This document shows, piece by piece, positions 1 to 11,000 of a stretch of 64,000 nucleotides of DNA. Position numbers and translations under genes: made by a program. The DNA is from Bacteroidota bacterium (GTDB taxonomy: Bacteria > Bacteroidota > Bacteroidia > UBA8524). Where the stretch lies: positions 37,820-101,819 of the forward strand of contig WBUH01000010.1 of assembly GCA_008933805.1 (NCBI GenBank), read 5' to 3'. Under the pieces are notes generated by a model. It worked only from the letters and a program-made list of their open reading frames with translations. It was not told the origin of the DNA and made no database searches. The first letter of the stretch is position 1. Each line of letters begins with the position of its first letter.

Positions 1-180
1 CCCGCCTTTCTTATATAATTTCGTATCGAATGGTTTAAAACCATTAGATACGCTACTCGCAAAAGCCCTGAATTTTATATTCAGGGTAACGAGAGGAAAT
101 TTCTCATACAGATACTAAGCCGCAATAATTCTATGAAAAGCCAACTTAGCGCCTTAGTGGCACCAATTTACTTCATAACA

Positions 181-209
181 AATAAAAAAGCCGGCATTGC
201 TGCCGGCTT
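181..209 (-). terminator. Rho-independent terminator ending the T9SS cargo block
   Basis: Perfect 9-bp stem 188-196/201-209 (AAGCCGGCA/TGCCGGCTT) with a 4-nt loop. On the minus strand it is followed by a U-run (A184-A189 on +). It lies 33 nt past the PorP/SprF stop codon (242-244). Confidence 0.7.
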
Positions 210-241
210 CACAAAAGAAAACCTATTAAAAATGCATTATG

Positions 242-1192
242 CTATTCTAAGAAACGGGGAGTAAGAATTATCTTATTCAAAACAGGTTTGGGTTTACGAG
301 TGGTTTTCAACACAAAATTCAATACCAACTCGTGTGTACCGCTACTCACATTGCTAATATCAGTAAGCGTATAATCATAGCTATATCCCAAATGCCATTG
401 CGGGGTGATGTAATACCCTAACAATACCGACATAGCGTCGCCTGAGCGGTAAGCAAAACCGCCACGTAATTTTTGCTTGTACAACAAGTCAGCATTCACA
501 TCAAACTGGGTGGTTGCACCATCGTTTTTCATCAACACATTAGGGCGTAATGCTAATACAGGTGAAAGCTCAAATTGCATGCCTGCTGTTAAGTAATAGT
601 GCCTGCGGCCGTTGTATTTAACCATTGCTCCGGCAGCGGCATCGTAGTTAAAATCTTCCTCTGAAAGGTGGGTGGCCGAAAGCCCTACGTACAAATTGTT
701 TACGCTTTCGTTTTGATAGAAAAATCCAAACCCGTAATCAGGTTTCAAACTCGATACGTTTGTAGTAGGGATTTTAAGGTCGTTGGCTTGCTCAGGGCTA
801 AGTTTGCTGCCGTTTAACGATTTCTGCAAAAACCCGATAGAAGGCCCTACGCCCAAAGTTCCACTACCGATATTGAAACGGTAGTTATAAGACAATGAAA
901 GGTTTACCGATTTTTCATAGCCCAATTTATCGTTTACCAATTGCAAGCCAAAACCGTGGCTACGGAAGGGAAGATTAATACCTAATGACTGGGTACTGGG
1001 AGCCAACCCCTCTTTGTAGCCAGCCCATTGGCTGTGGTGCAGCAAAGTAGCCTCTAAACCACCTTGTGAGCCTGAATAAGCAGGGTTGTATGCCTGCCTG
1101 TTAAACATAAAATGAGTATAGTAAGGGTCTTGCTGGCCAAAAACGGCTGCACAAATAAGCAACAAGCCCAACACTGCTATTATCTTTTTCAT
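242..1192 (-). CDS. PorP/SprF-family type IX secretion system outer-membrane protein
   Basis: 316 aa. Signal peptide MKKIIAVLGLLLICAAVFGQ is followed by QDPYYTHFMFNRQAYNPAYSG, the N-terminal signature of the PorP/SprF family. The rest has a beta-barrel-like alternating pattern. It sits directly after a type-B-CTD cargo gene and an OmpA-family gene, the usual context for this family. Confidence 0.85.
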   Translation of the reverse strand: MKKIIAVLGLLLICAAVFGQQDPYYTHFMFNRQAYNPAYSGSQGGLEATLLHHSQWAGYKEGLAPSTQSLGINLPFRSHGFGLQLVNDKLGYEKSVNLSLSYNYRFNIGSGTLGVGPSIGFLQKSLNGSKLSPEQANDLKIPTTNVSSLKPDYGFGFFYQNESVNNLYVGLSATHLSEEDFNYDAAAGAMVKYNGRRHYYLTAGMQFELSPVLALRPNVLMKNDGATTQFDVNADLLYKQKLRGGFAYRSGDAMSVLLGYYITPQWHLGYSYDYTLTDISNVSSGTHELVLNFVLKTTRKPKPVLNKIILTPRFLE

Positions 1193-1219
1193 TGTTTTAA
1201 TTTTTTCTTCTTTTACAAC

Positions 1220-3163
1220 TTACTTTGATACAATCCTGAAGGTTGTACGACGGTTTAACTGATGTTCCTCTTCGCTGCAATTGCGTTTCACTTCCGTGCC
1301 CTCGCAAGCACAATCGTTTACCAGTTTGGTTTCACCATAGCCTTTTGCTTCCAAACGGGCAGAAGCAATGCCTTTGCTTATCAGGTAATCTACCACTGAT
1401 TGTGCCCTGCGTTGAGACAATTGCTCGTTATATTCTTTTGAAGAGCGGCAATCGGTGTGTGAACCTATTTCGATACGGATTTTAGGATATTTGTTCAAAA
1501 GGGTGATTAATGAATCTATCACGGGTAGTGATTCTGGACGCAAATCAGCCTTGTCTAAATCGTAGTAAATACCTTTCAGGGTAAACTCGTCTTCAACGTT
1601 CATTTGATTCAAAAGCAGCTCTTGCACAAAGTTTTCGGACAGTTCTTTACCAACGGTAGATACCTGTTTGGCCTCACTGTCAAAGTAGTAATCTTCGGCT
1701 TTTGAAGCGAAGAAACCGTATGAGGTGTTCATCATCAAAGGAGACTCAAGCACACCTTCACCGTTTGCAGTAAACGATGCGGCACTGTCTTTATTAATTG
1801 TAAACTTAACAGTAGCATTAGGAATGGTTTTGCCTGTTTTGGCATCTCTCACCACAATTTTCAGCTTAAACTCAAGCGGTTTAAGGTAAAAACCGTAAAT
1901 ATCATCCTTGCCCCTGCCGCCTTCGCGGTTTGATGACAAGTATCCGTTTTGCTTATCATCAGAAACAGTGAACGAAAAATCATCTGCACCTGAGTTAATA
2001 GGCCACTTCATGTTCACGGGTTCTTCCCACGTGCCGCCGTTATTTTTGGCTGAGAAAACATCTAAACCGCCCATACCTACGTGACCGTTTGACGAGAAGT
2101 ACAAAGTACCGTCGGCATGGATAAAGGGAAACATATCGTCTTTGTTGGTATTAATCACTGAACCTGCATTTACAGGAGCACTCCAGCTTTTACCACGCTT
2201 ATCAAAAGTAGTAGCGTAAATATCCTTACCACCAAAACCACCGGGCAAATCGGCAGAGAAATACAAGGTTAAACCGTCTTGAGACACCGAAGGATGGCCG
2301 TAGTTAGTTAACGAATCATCGCAAAACGAAAGAGCCGAAACATCTTTAAACGCTTTGCCCGAAAGTGTAGCCTCGTATATTTTACAAGAATTTTCTGTAC
2401 CCTCTACCCCGTTGCAAAGGGTAAAGTATATTTTAGAACCTGAGAACGCGCCTGTGGCTTCGTTGTAATCAAACACCAACCCTTCGGCGGGGTTTACTTT
2501 ACCTATCGAGGGCAGTTGTTCCCCACGTTTAGCCCTTTTAAGTTCGGCACGGTAAATATCAACAAACTTATCTCCGGTACGGCCGTACACTCTTCTATTA
2601 TCAGGGTTTTCACGGTCCGAAGAGAAAAACAAAGCATCGCCCCTATAGGCCACCACACCAAAATCAGAATTTTTAGTGTTTAAGCCCTTCATGTTTTCAA
2701 CTACGTAGCGGGTTTGCTCCTTTTTCCATTCCATGCCTTTTACACAGCCCTCAATCTCGTGGTCGGCTTGGTCGCCAATACCTCCTTTTGCTTTGTACTC
2801 CTCAAATTTGGCTTTGGCTTCTTCGTAACGCTCGGCATTCTTCATTTCCATCGCCACAAACCAAAGCGCCTCTTTATTATCGGGGTCGTTTTTCAAGGTT
2901 TGGTTATACCAATATTCGGCATTTTTGTAGTCGTTTATCTTACGAAAACTCTCGGCAGCACCAAAAGCAGCTTCGGCTTTCAGCTCTTTATCTGTCAAAC
3001 CAGCATACGCCTGCTTATACATGGATGAGCTAAGAAAGTACTCGCGGCTTTCAAAGGCTTTGTTAGCATCAGTAATGGTGGCTTTTCTGCTACAGCCGGC
3101 CATAACAGCCGCGCTCAGCGCAAAAACCAATAAAGGTTTTGTAATTAGTCTTATATTTTTCAT
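1220..3163 (-). CDS. PorE-like OmpA-family lipoprotein (TPR + TolB-type beta-propeller + carboxypeptidase-regulatory-like + OmpA_C)
   Basis: 647 aa with lipobox LSAAVMAGC and TPR-like helices at about aa 30-130. PD40-type blades: LFFSSDR, IYFTL, LYFSADLPGGFGGKDIY, LYFSSNGHVGMGGLDVF, GYLSSNREGGRGKDDIY. CRD-like KIVVRDAKTGKTIPNATVKF. C-terminal OmpA motif GSHTDCRSSKEYNEQLSQRRAQSVVDYL...GYGE. Confidence 0.8.
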   Translation of the reverse strand: MKNIRLITKPLLVFALSAAVMAGCSRKATITDANKAFESREYFLSSSMYKQAYAGLTDKELKAEAAFGAAESFRKINDYKNAEYWYNQTLKNDPDNKEALWFVAMEMKNAERYEEAKAKFEEYKAKGGIGDQADHEIEGCVKGMEWKKEQTRYVVENMKGLNTKNSDFGVVAYRGDALFFSSDRENPDNRRVYGRTGDKFVDIYRAELKRAKRGEQLPSIGKVNPAEGLVFDYNEATGAFSGSKIYFTLCNGVEGTENSCKIYEATLSGKAFKDVSALSFCDDSLTNYGHPSVSQDGLTLYFSADLPGGFGGKDIYATTFDKRGKSWSAPVNAGSVINTNKDDMFPFIHADGTLYFSSNGHVGMGGLDVFSAKNNGGTWEEPVNMKWPINSGADDFSFTVSDDKQNGYLSSNREGGRGKDDIYGFYLKPLEFKLKIVVRDAKTGKTIPNATVKFTINKDSAASFTANGEGVLESPLMMNTSYGFFASKAEDYYFDSEAKQVSTVGKELSENFVQELLLNQMNVEDEFTLKGIYYDLDKADLRPESLPVIDSLITLLNKYPKIRIEIGSHTDCRSSKEYNEQLSQRRAQSVVDYLISKGIASARLEAKGYGETKLVNDCACEGTEVKRNCSEEEHQLNRRTTFRIVSK

Positions 3164-3171
3164 AACCGTTT

Positions 3172-6100
3172 TTATCTAATCAGTGTAATGTTGCCTCTGG
3201 CAGTAACAATCTGGCCTGATGGCTTGTGGGCAAAAAACATATATACATACACGCCGTCAGGCAAGGGTTTGCCTTTGAAACTACCGTCCCATAAGGTGTT
3301 TTGGTCTTTGGCTTCAAACACCAACTCGCCCCAGCGGTCGTAAATCATAAAGTGTACTTCAGCCAGCTCATAAGGAGCAAAGTATTTGTACCAATCGTTC
3401 AAGAAATCACCACTTGGAGTAAATGCCGTGGGGAAATAGATGAAATCGGGCACTACAATTACTGTGCGGGCAGTGCTGTCTAGACAACCGGTAGCTGATT
3501 GTGCTGTGAGGCGTAGTTGGTACTCTCCCTCGTTACGGTATGTAATTTTGGGTAACGAATCGGTATAAGTGCGTCCGTCGGTGTTCCAAGAATATTTTAC
3601 AGCACCGAAACTATTATTGGTAATGCCGATAAGTTCACCTGCATAAAAAGTATCTTTTTGCAGCGTAAAATCAGCATCAAACACTGAGTTATCTACCTCA
3701 ACATCAATAGTATCTTCCCCACCCGGGCAACCCAACAAAGTAGATTTCACCCAAAACGATTCGTTTTTAGTCATTACCACATTAATGCTTGCGGTAGTTG
3801 CACCTGTGTTCCATAAAAAAGCATCTCCGCCGTTAGCGGTTAACGTAGTTTGCGAACCGAAACAAACCTTTGCAGGGCCTGCAATCTGTGGGTCGGGCGC
3901 AATTACTGATTCTACTTGCACACTATCGTAAAAAGTGCAGCCGTTTGCATCTGTACCGTACACCTTAAAGTATGCTGTAGCAGGCGGATAAGCGAGTGTT
4001 GAAGCCGACGAGGTATCGCTTAAAAAGGGCGAATATTCCCAAGTGTAGTTAATAGCTCCCGTGGCGGTTAGTGCAGTAGTATCTCCCTCGCAAATGGTTT
4101 TCTTCACTCCCGCATCAACAGAAGGCAAAGGCAGTATCGTAACCGTAACATTTTTAGTTACATCTGGGCATCCTGCACCTGCTTTTGCCACTACACTATA
4201 CATAGTAGTGTTGATGGGCTGTGCAGTGGGTGATGCCAAGGTATCGTTATTAAGGCTGCCGGATGGCGACCATTTGTAGCTTTCACCACCGCTTACATTT
4301 AACTGCGTGCTGTTACCAAAACAAATGGATGTATCAGGGCTGATGGTAATAACAGGCTGTGCTTTCACCGCCACCACTACACTACTGTCTGTTTGGCAAC
4401 CCAAAGTATCGTTTACAACCAGTTTTACATTGAATTTACCCGTATCAACAAATTGACGTTGGAAGTTACCACCCGAACCTTTAAGAGTATCGTTTATATG
4501 CCAGTTGCGTTGGGTAATAGCCCCTGCGGGCGAGCTGTTATCAGTAAAGGTTACCGTTCCGCCGGCACAAATTGTAAGGTTACTGGTGGTAAAGACTACT
4601 GCGGCACCGTTGATAATAGTAATGGAATCATCGGTAAAATAGGTAAGCGAGCAATTATTGCTATCGGTCAATATCAGCTTGGGTCTGAAAATACCGTTCA
4701 CTTTATACACGTGCGTGGCAGTGTCTGTATTCAGGTAATCCAATTGTCCGTCGCCGTAATCCCAAGTGTATAGTACCGCATCGGTGCTACCGTTGGCTTT
4801 CAAATTAACCTTCAAAGGCTTGCAACCATCATTTGGTGTAAAACTAAATGTCCCGGTAGGTCCGCCTACAGTAATAAAATCTTGTTTAATAATGCTGTCG
4901 TAGCAACCGCCTATACTCTTCACCCGCACCGATACAGTGTATTTACCGGGCTTGTTATAGGTATGTGTCGGATTTTTTACTGCTGAGTAACTACTATCGC
5001 CAAAATCCCAATAGTATTCATTTACATCGTCGGTTTGGCTGATGGTAAACACCACGGCAAACGGAGGACAAAGTCCCTTGCTTTGATTTACGGAGAAATC
5101 AACCTGTGGTTTTACCACATTGATTGCTTTTTTAACTGTGATAGAATCCTCACAGCCGTCGTTCCTCCTCACTCGCAAAAACACATCGTATTTACCAGTA
5201 TCGTTGTACACGTGCGAAGGATTGATAACATTAGAGGTATCTCCGTCGCCAAAACGCCAGTGATAACGGTTGTTCAACCCGCCAACGGTATAGTTTTGAA
5301 AACTTGCCGTAGTGCCCGCACACAACACATCGGGAACTACCATAAATACCGGTTTAGGAGGGGCGTACTCAATAACACGGGTAAGGCTGTGCGAACAACC
5401 TATTTTGTCTGACACGGTAAGAGTTACTAAGTAAGTACCCAATGCTGAAAATTTGTATTTTGGGTGACGAAGATTGCTGGTATCAGCGGGAGCTTTGCCT
5501 TTATCACCAAATTTCCACGTCCACTTTGAAAGACTATCGGTTTTGGTGGAAATATCAAAAAACGCCACCGAATCGGGAGGACATATCCTACCTACGGTTT
5601 TAAAATTAGCCCGAGGCCCTTTCACGTATATTTTCCGCGTTGCCGAAGCTGTACAACCGTCTTTATCGGTAGCGGTCAGTTTAGCATCGTACACCGCCGG
5701 AATGGTGTATTTATAAGAAGGTTTTTGAATGATGGCCGTGTCGCCGTCAAGGGCAGGGTCGCCAAAATCCCAAAACCATTTGCGGCTGCGGGTGGTGGTA
5801 TCGTCAAAGTTTACGGTAAGAGGGGCACATCCTGTAGTATCAGAGAGTTTAAAGTTTGCTCTGAATTTTGGCCGCACCCGCACATCGTAAATCATTGAGT
5901 CTCTGCAACCCGTACGTACACTAAACAACCACAACTTCACAGGGTAATCACCGATTGCCGTGTAGGTATGTGTAGGTAATGAATCTACCGAGTAGTTACA
6001 ATTTTTACCCACGTTCAACCCGTTTTTGGTATCGGTGGTACACTGCTGGTTACTGATTTTAAAAGCTTTGGGGTCGTTAAAAAACCACACCCTAACCACG

Positions 6101-8031
6101 GTATCACGAGGGTTTTTGTAGCGCGAAACATCAAAAAACCGAACTTGAGCAGGTGTATCACAATACAGCCCTTCCATATTGTCGGTTTGTATCCACGCCA
6201 ACGGCGGGTCGATGTTGATGTATTGGGTAATGGTGGTGTCTTTTTGGCAAGTGCCGTTCCACAGGGTAAGTTTAATATCAAACGAATCGGGCAATTCAAG
6301 AATTTTAGCCCAATTGCTGTACAGATGTTGAGGGTTTACCTGCAATGTATCTTTAATACCGTCACCAAAATCCCACTCAAACTTGGTATAGTTTTGCGAT
6401 TTATTGGTAAAGGTGATGCGCTTCTTCACGCACTCGTCCTGCTTATCAGCCTTAAAATCAGGAATGGGTTTGGTAAAAATACTTACCGTGTCCTGCCCTG
6501 TAGCTTTGCAACCATCGGGATAGGTAACCGTAAGCTTCACGATGTACTCTCCCTGATTAAAGAATTGCGAAGGTTTAGACTGTGTTGATGTATTACCGTC
6601 GGCAAAATCCCACGAAAAAGCCGTTGCCCCTGCGGGGTCGGTGGTATAATCAAATTTCACCGTTGCCGAATCGGCACATACCTGCCTTGGAGTAGGCTTT
6701 ACCAATACTTCGGGTTTAAAATCAATGGTATCTGTTTGCGTAGCCCTGCAACCACCGGGAGTAATGGTGGTAAACTTGATTATAAAAGGGCCGTGTGAAG
6801 TATAGGCATGAATAATATTGCGTTGCGATGAAGTATCGCCGTCGCCAAACTCCCAAAACGAACCGTAACCCGCTGTATTGTTAGTAAACGTAACGTTAAA
6901 CGGAGTTTTACAGTTCCGGCGGGGATTCATGGTGTAGTCCGTAACGGGCACATCATCAATCATTAGTTGCTTTTTAACTGTGTCGGCACAGCCGCCTGCA
7001 AAAGTTACTATCAGTTTCACAGTGCGCATTCCCGCGCTTGTGTAAGTATTTTGTGCGGGGCTACTGTTTGACGCGTTGCCATCACCAAAATCCCACAACA
7101 CACTTTGCGGAGTGCCGCTGCCTGTAATAGTAAACGTTAGCGGAATATCTTTACACCCTTGCGCCGTTGAAGGGCTAAAATCAACCACATTATTACCGGC
7201 AGTAACAAAATTGCTTTTGGTTAGTGAGTCTTTACACCCTGTTACAGTATTAACAGCCACCAGCTTTACTGTATAATTGCCTGCGGCGGTATAACTTGCC
7301 GAAGGATCTGTTGCTGTAGAGGTGGTGTTATTGCCCAAATCCCAGCTATAGGCAAGGTTACTGCCTGTGGTTTGGTTGGTAAAGTTTACTTGTGCTGGTG
7401 TGATACACGAAGCGGGTTTATCCGCCGTGAAAGCCACCACAGGAGTCGGGTCTACCTGTATCGCTTTCTGAATTTCTTTGAATGACTCGCAGCCGTTGGC
7501 ATCTTTAATGCGCAGGCTCACAGTCATTGCCCCTGCTACATGATAGGCATGCGAAGGGTCTTTTGTGGTACTTGTATTACCATCTCCTAAATCCCAAAAG
7601 TAATTGGTAATTGCAGCTCCATTACCACTCAAAGTGGATGTATTGGTTAGCGAAAACTGAGAATGCTGGCATCCAACGGCAGTATTCACCGTAAAATCGG
7701 CTTTGGGATTATCAAAAACAGTAATGTAAGCTGTTTTTGTAAGTGTGTTTGTACCACCGGGACCACTTACCGTAAGGCTCACGGTGTAAGTTCCGGGTGA
7801 TGTATAGATAATAACGGGGTTTTGAAGTGTAGATGTGGCACTGTTGCCAAAGCTCCATTGCCAAGATGTGATATTACCCGTTGAGTTATCGGTAAATTTT
7901 ATCAGTTTTGGAGAACAACCCGATGTAGCATCGGCAGTAAAAGCAGCAGTTACCTGCCCTTGCAGCTTTGTAGCTGCAAGGGTAAGCAATCCGCTTATCA
8001 GAACAATATATCTTAAAATTCCTATTTTCAT
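3172..8031 (-). CDS. PKD-repeat surface protein with T9SS type B C-terminal sorting domain (gliding-motility-associated CTD)
   Basis: 1619 aa with signal peptide MKIGILRYIVLISGLLTLAATKLQGQ. About 14 tandem PKD units, three ~65-aa Cys-bracketed Ig-like units, then one more PKD. The C-terminus FPTAFTPSGDFLNDW...IYDRWGELVFEA...WDGSFKGKPLPDGVYVY...GNITLIR matches the type B CTD pattern. Confidence 0.9.
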   Translation of the reverse strand: MKIGILRYIVLISGLLTLAATKLQGQVTAAFTADATSGCSPKLIKFTDNSTGNITSWQWSFGNSATSTLQNPVIIYTSPGTYTVSLTVSGPGGTNTLTKTAYITVFDNPKADFTVNTAVGCQHSQFSLTNTSTLSGNGAAITNYFWDLGDGNTSTTKDPSHAYHVAGAMTVSLRIKDANGCESFKEIQKAIQVDPTPVVAFTADKPASCITPAQVNFTNQTTGSNLAYSWDLGNNTTSTATDPSASYTAAGNYTVKLVAVNTVTGCKDSLTKSNFVTAGNNVVDFSPSTAQGCKDIPLTFTITGSGTPQSVLWDFGDGNASNSSPAQNTYTSAGMRTVKLIVTFAGGCADTVKKQLMIDDVPVTDYTMNPRRNCKTPFNVTFTNNTAGYGSFWEFGDGDTSSQRNIIHAYTSHGPFIIKFTTITPGGCRATQTDTIDFKPEVLVKPTPRQVCADSATVKFDYTTDPAGATAFSWDFADGNTSTQSKPSQFFNQGEYIVKLTVTYPDGCKATGQDTVSIFTKPIPDFKADKQDECVKKRITFTNKSQNYTKFEWDFGDGIKDTLQVNPQHLYSNWAKILELPDSFDIKLTLWNGTCQKDTTITQYINIDPPLAWIQTDNMEGLYCDTPAQVRFFDVSRYKNPRDTVVRVWFFNDPKAFKISNQQCTTDTKNGLNVGKNCNYSVDSLPTHTYTAIGDYPVKLWLFSVRTGCRDSMIYDVRVRPKFRANFKLSDTTGCAPLTVNFDDTTTRSRKWFWDFGDPALDGDTAIIQKPSYKYTIPAVYDAKLTATDKDGCTASATRKIYVKGPRANFKTVGRICPPDSVAFFDISTKTDSLSKWTWKFGDKGKAPADTSNLRHPKYKFSALGTYLVTLTVSDKIGCSHSLTRVIEYAPPKPVFMVVPDVLCAGTTASFQNYTVGGLNNRYHWRFGDGDTSNVINPSHVYNDTGKYDVFLRVRRNDGCEDSITVKKAINVVKPQVDFSVNQSKGLCPPFAVVFTISQTDDVNEYYWDFGDSSYSAVKNPTHTYNKPGKYTVSVRVKSIGGCYDSIIKQDFITVGGPTGTFSFTPNDGCKPLKVNLKANGSTDAVLYTWDYGDGQLDYLNTDTATHVYKVNGIFRPKLILTDSNNCSLTYFTDDSITIINGAAVVFTTSNLTICAGGTVTFTDNSSPAGAITQRNWHINDTLKGSGGNFQRQFVDTGKFNVKLVVNDTLGCQTDSSVVVAVKAQPVITISPDTSICFGNSTQLNVSGGESYKWSPSGSLNNDTLASPTAQPINTTMYSVVAKAGAGCPDVTKNVTVTILPLPSVDAGVKKTICEGDTTALTATGAINYTWEYSPFLSDTSSASTLAYPPATAYFKVYGTDANGCTFYDSVQVESVIAPDPQIAGPAKVCFGSQTTLTANGGDAFLWNTGATTASINVVMTKNESFWVKSTLLGCPGGEDTIDVEVDNSVFDADFTLQKDTFYAGELIGITNNSFGAVKYSWNTDGRTYTDSLPKITYRNEGEYQLRLTAQSATGCLDSTARTVIVVPDFIYFPTAFTPSGDFLNDWYKYFAPYELAEVHFMIYDRWGELVFEAKDQNTLWDGSFKGKPLPDGVYVYMFFAHKPSGQIVTARGNITLIR
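4360..7953 (-). repeat. Tandem array of ~14 PKD-domain coding repeats
   Basis: Recurrent ~85-aa period with cores WQWSFGNSATS, YFWDLGDGNTS, YSWDLGNNTTS, VLWDFGDGNAS, SFWEFGDGDTS, FSWDFADGNTS, FEWDFGDGIKD, WFWDFGDP, WTWKFGDKG, YHWRFGDGDTS, YYWDFGDSSYS, YTWDYGDGQLD. Each is followed by G.Y.V.L.V....GC. Boundaries are counted from the protein sequence. Confidence 0.8.
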
Positions 8032-8063
8032 TACGCGCTCAAAATCTCCCTCACTGTTGTTTT

Positions 8064-11000
8064 TTATTGTTTATCAATTTTCACCGTTTGGTTATAGCCA
8101 TTGGTGCTAATGTTTACAAAGTAGATTCCGGCAGCCCAACCGCTCACATTTACAGCAGTTTCGCGGGCGTTTGTTTCACCTTTCCAAACCAATCTTCCTG
8201 TTGCATCGGTTACACTGATTACCGCTTGCTCTTCAGCAGGCAAGCTGATATTCAGTTCTCCTTGGCTAATAGGGTTAGGATACACTACTATCTGCGCACC
8301 GTTTACACTTTCGATACCTAAACCGGGGCCAACGGCTACGGTTTTTTGTACCTCAGTAGAGCAGGCCACGGCAGTATTACCGTTCCATACCTTCATGGTG
8401 ATGGTTTTGGTACCTTGGCTTGCCCATTTAACATTGTGAGGACCAACACCTGATGCAGTTTGAGGTGTTGCATCGGTTCCAAAATCCCAGGTGTAATACT
8501 GAGCGGTTGTAGCGGTTTGTATCACAGTGGGCTGATTGGTCGCAACATACGATGCCGCTGTAAACGCAGCATTAACAGGAATTGTATAAACTGTTACCAC
8601 CGCTGAAGCCTTAGGACTGTAGCACTTACCGTCGAACACGTTTGCATAGTAAGTACGGCTGGTGTTAAGTGCGGGTGTAGTGAATACTACACCGCTATCG
8701 GCTGATATGGTGGCAGTATTATCGTTGAACCAATATACTTTACCACTGCCGGTAGCATTTACCTGTGCCGAAGAACCTTCGCAAACGGCAGGTTGGGTAA
8801 GCGTTGGGGCAGCAGGCAAGGCAAGCACATCAACGGTAACGGGTACACGCTGGCTTTTGCAAGCTCCTTCAAAAGCTTCTAAGAAGTATGTAGTGGTAGC
8901 AAACAGGTTGGCGGTATTAAATCGCTCACCGGTAAAGAAAGGTATCGTTGTAGTACCGTCGATAAACCAACGGATGTCTTCGTTAGCTGTAGCTTTTACA
9001 ACCGCAGGAGTGCCTGCACATACCTCAGCACCTACGCTGAAAGGATTTTGTATTTGTGCTCTTACAGCCACATCAACACGGGTGCGGGTACTTGGGCAAC
9101 CGATTACTACTTTTTCTACATAGAAAGAAGTGTCTTTAGTAAGCGAGCTGCTTGTTAATACATCGCCGGTGAATAGTGCGGTGGTTGCATTTACATCGTT
9201 ATACCAATTGTGTGTTCCGTTAGTATCGGCTGCTAATTGCACCGATTGGTTGTAGCACAATTGGGTAGTACCGCTTACAAAAGGAGCAACCGGTATTGCA
9301 TTTATTTTAACCGGATAAGCCACGCGGTTGCTTATACAACCGATGTTTTTCACCTCAGCATAAAACACAGTATCAATAAAAATTACACCCGCATTAACGG
9401 TATTGCCAATGGCAAAAGGCTTTTCATCGTTCATAGCTGCAAACCATCGGATAGAACCGTTTCCGGTGGCAGTAAGGTTTGCGGTATTGCCATTACATAC
9501 GTTTAACGTAGTAAATGCAGGAGCAGCAGGAATGGTACAAGCAGAATCCACACCAATGGTAAATACGATATAGTTATTCAACACGTCGGATTGAACACCG
9601 TTGGTATTTGCAGTCCTGCGCACAGGGCCTTCACTTACCCAACGGGTGCCGTTCCAGCTTACTACACGAATGTTCAACGCATCAACACCTGTAATGGCCG
9701 AGTTTGTTGTGAAAGGCACTTCAACACGACCTTCAACTGTATTTGAAGTGCTTATTTTCCAGTATTCGTTGGCTTTCACCGCAGCTAGGCCTTCGCCACG
9801 CTTAGCCGTATCAAAACCGTTGTTGTTTGGTGTATTGCCTACATACTCCAGCGTTACCCAAGTATTTGCATTATCAGCAGTATAATTTACAGGAGCATAA
9901 ATTGCTTTACCTACGGGCAATTGCACTGTTTCAGCGCTATCCACCCAAACTTTCACAGGGCCGTTAATGTAGCTTGCGGCTGAATAACCATCAATCACAC
10001 CATTGCCGTTAATAGTAAGTAAGTTGCTTGGGCTTGTGGTAATATTACCTGCCCCAATAAATAATGTATCGGCAATAGTTAGGTTATCGGTCAACACCAA
10101 GCCACTGTTGTTGCTCACTTTTACTGTGCGGGCAACGTTGCCGTTAAGGCTACCGCTGTTTTGCACAGCAGTACCATTAAATACATAATTGGCAGGCTGA
10201 ATGGTTTTAGCACCTGTATTGGCAAACAAACCACTTACACCTTGCGAGTGTGCAGTGATAATTGTTGCGTTACTTTCAATAATAGTAGCGGCATTGCCTG
10301 TGAAACCGTTAGCGAAACCGTTTAATTGGCCGGCCACACGAATACCATTATTAGCAGTAGTTGTGATGGCTTTGTTATTTAACAATTCGGTTTGACTTGA
10401 AGCAGCTATTTGGAATATAGCTGCGGCACTGTTCACCTGTATCGAACCTGTACCGCTCAGTTGAGCCACATCCGTAATACGAGTTTTAGCAGAATTAACT
10501 ATAACAAGGTCTCCTGCGCCGGTAATACCGTTACGCAAACCTCTCTCGCCGTTACCACCAATGGTTAATGTTGTATTGTTATCTATTGCAAGCAAGCCGT
10601 TTATTACCAACGGGCTGTTTGCATTCATGGCTGAACCGGGGAATGTGTTGTTTTGTGCTATCCTAAAAATGGCTACTTCGTTAGCAGCCGAATTAGGGAA
10701 CATCACAGCAGGACTGATGGTGTTTGCAATAGTGGTATTGTGTACATATAATGCGCTGTCTTCAAACCTGATATTGGTGTTTCCTGCCCAATCGGCAGCA
10801 TCACCAAATGAGGCAAGCTCAATTACACCGCCCTTTTTCACTGCAATGCTTGCAGGCGCAGCAATATCTATACCGCCAATTGATTGGCCGTTGTTGTGCA
10901 ACAAGGTTCCTTCAACAGTTATATCATCACCAAAAGCATCATTAACAGCAAGTTTGAACGGCGCTACCGATGGGGTTACCAATACAGCACCCTTTTCAAT

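Noticed and set aside
100-130. CGGCTTAG on the minus strand, resembling the 3' conserved ACAGAA..CGGCTTA element of RNase P RNA
   Set aside because: Only about 120 nt separate it from the PorP/SprF coding region, too little for the ~350 nt of upstream RNase P structure. The other conserved RNase P blocks (GAGGAAAGTCC and so on) are absent.
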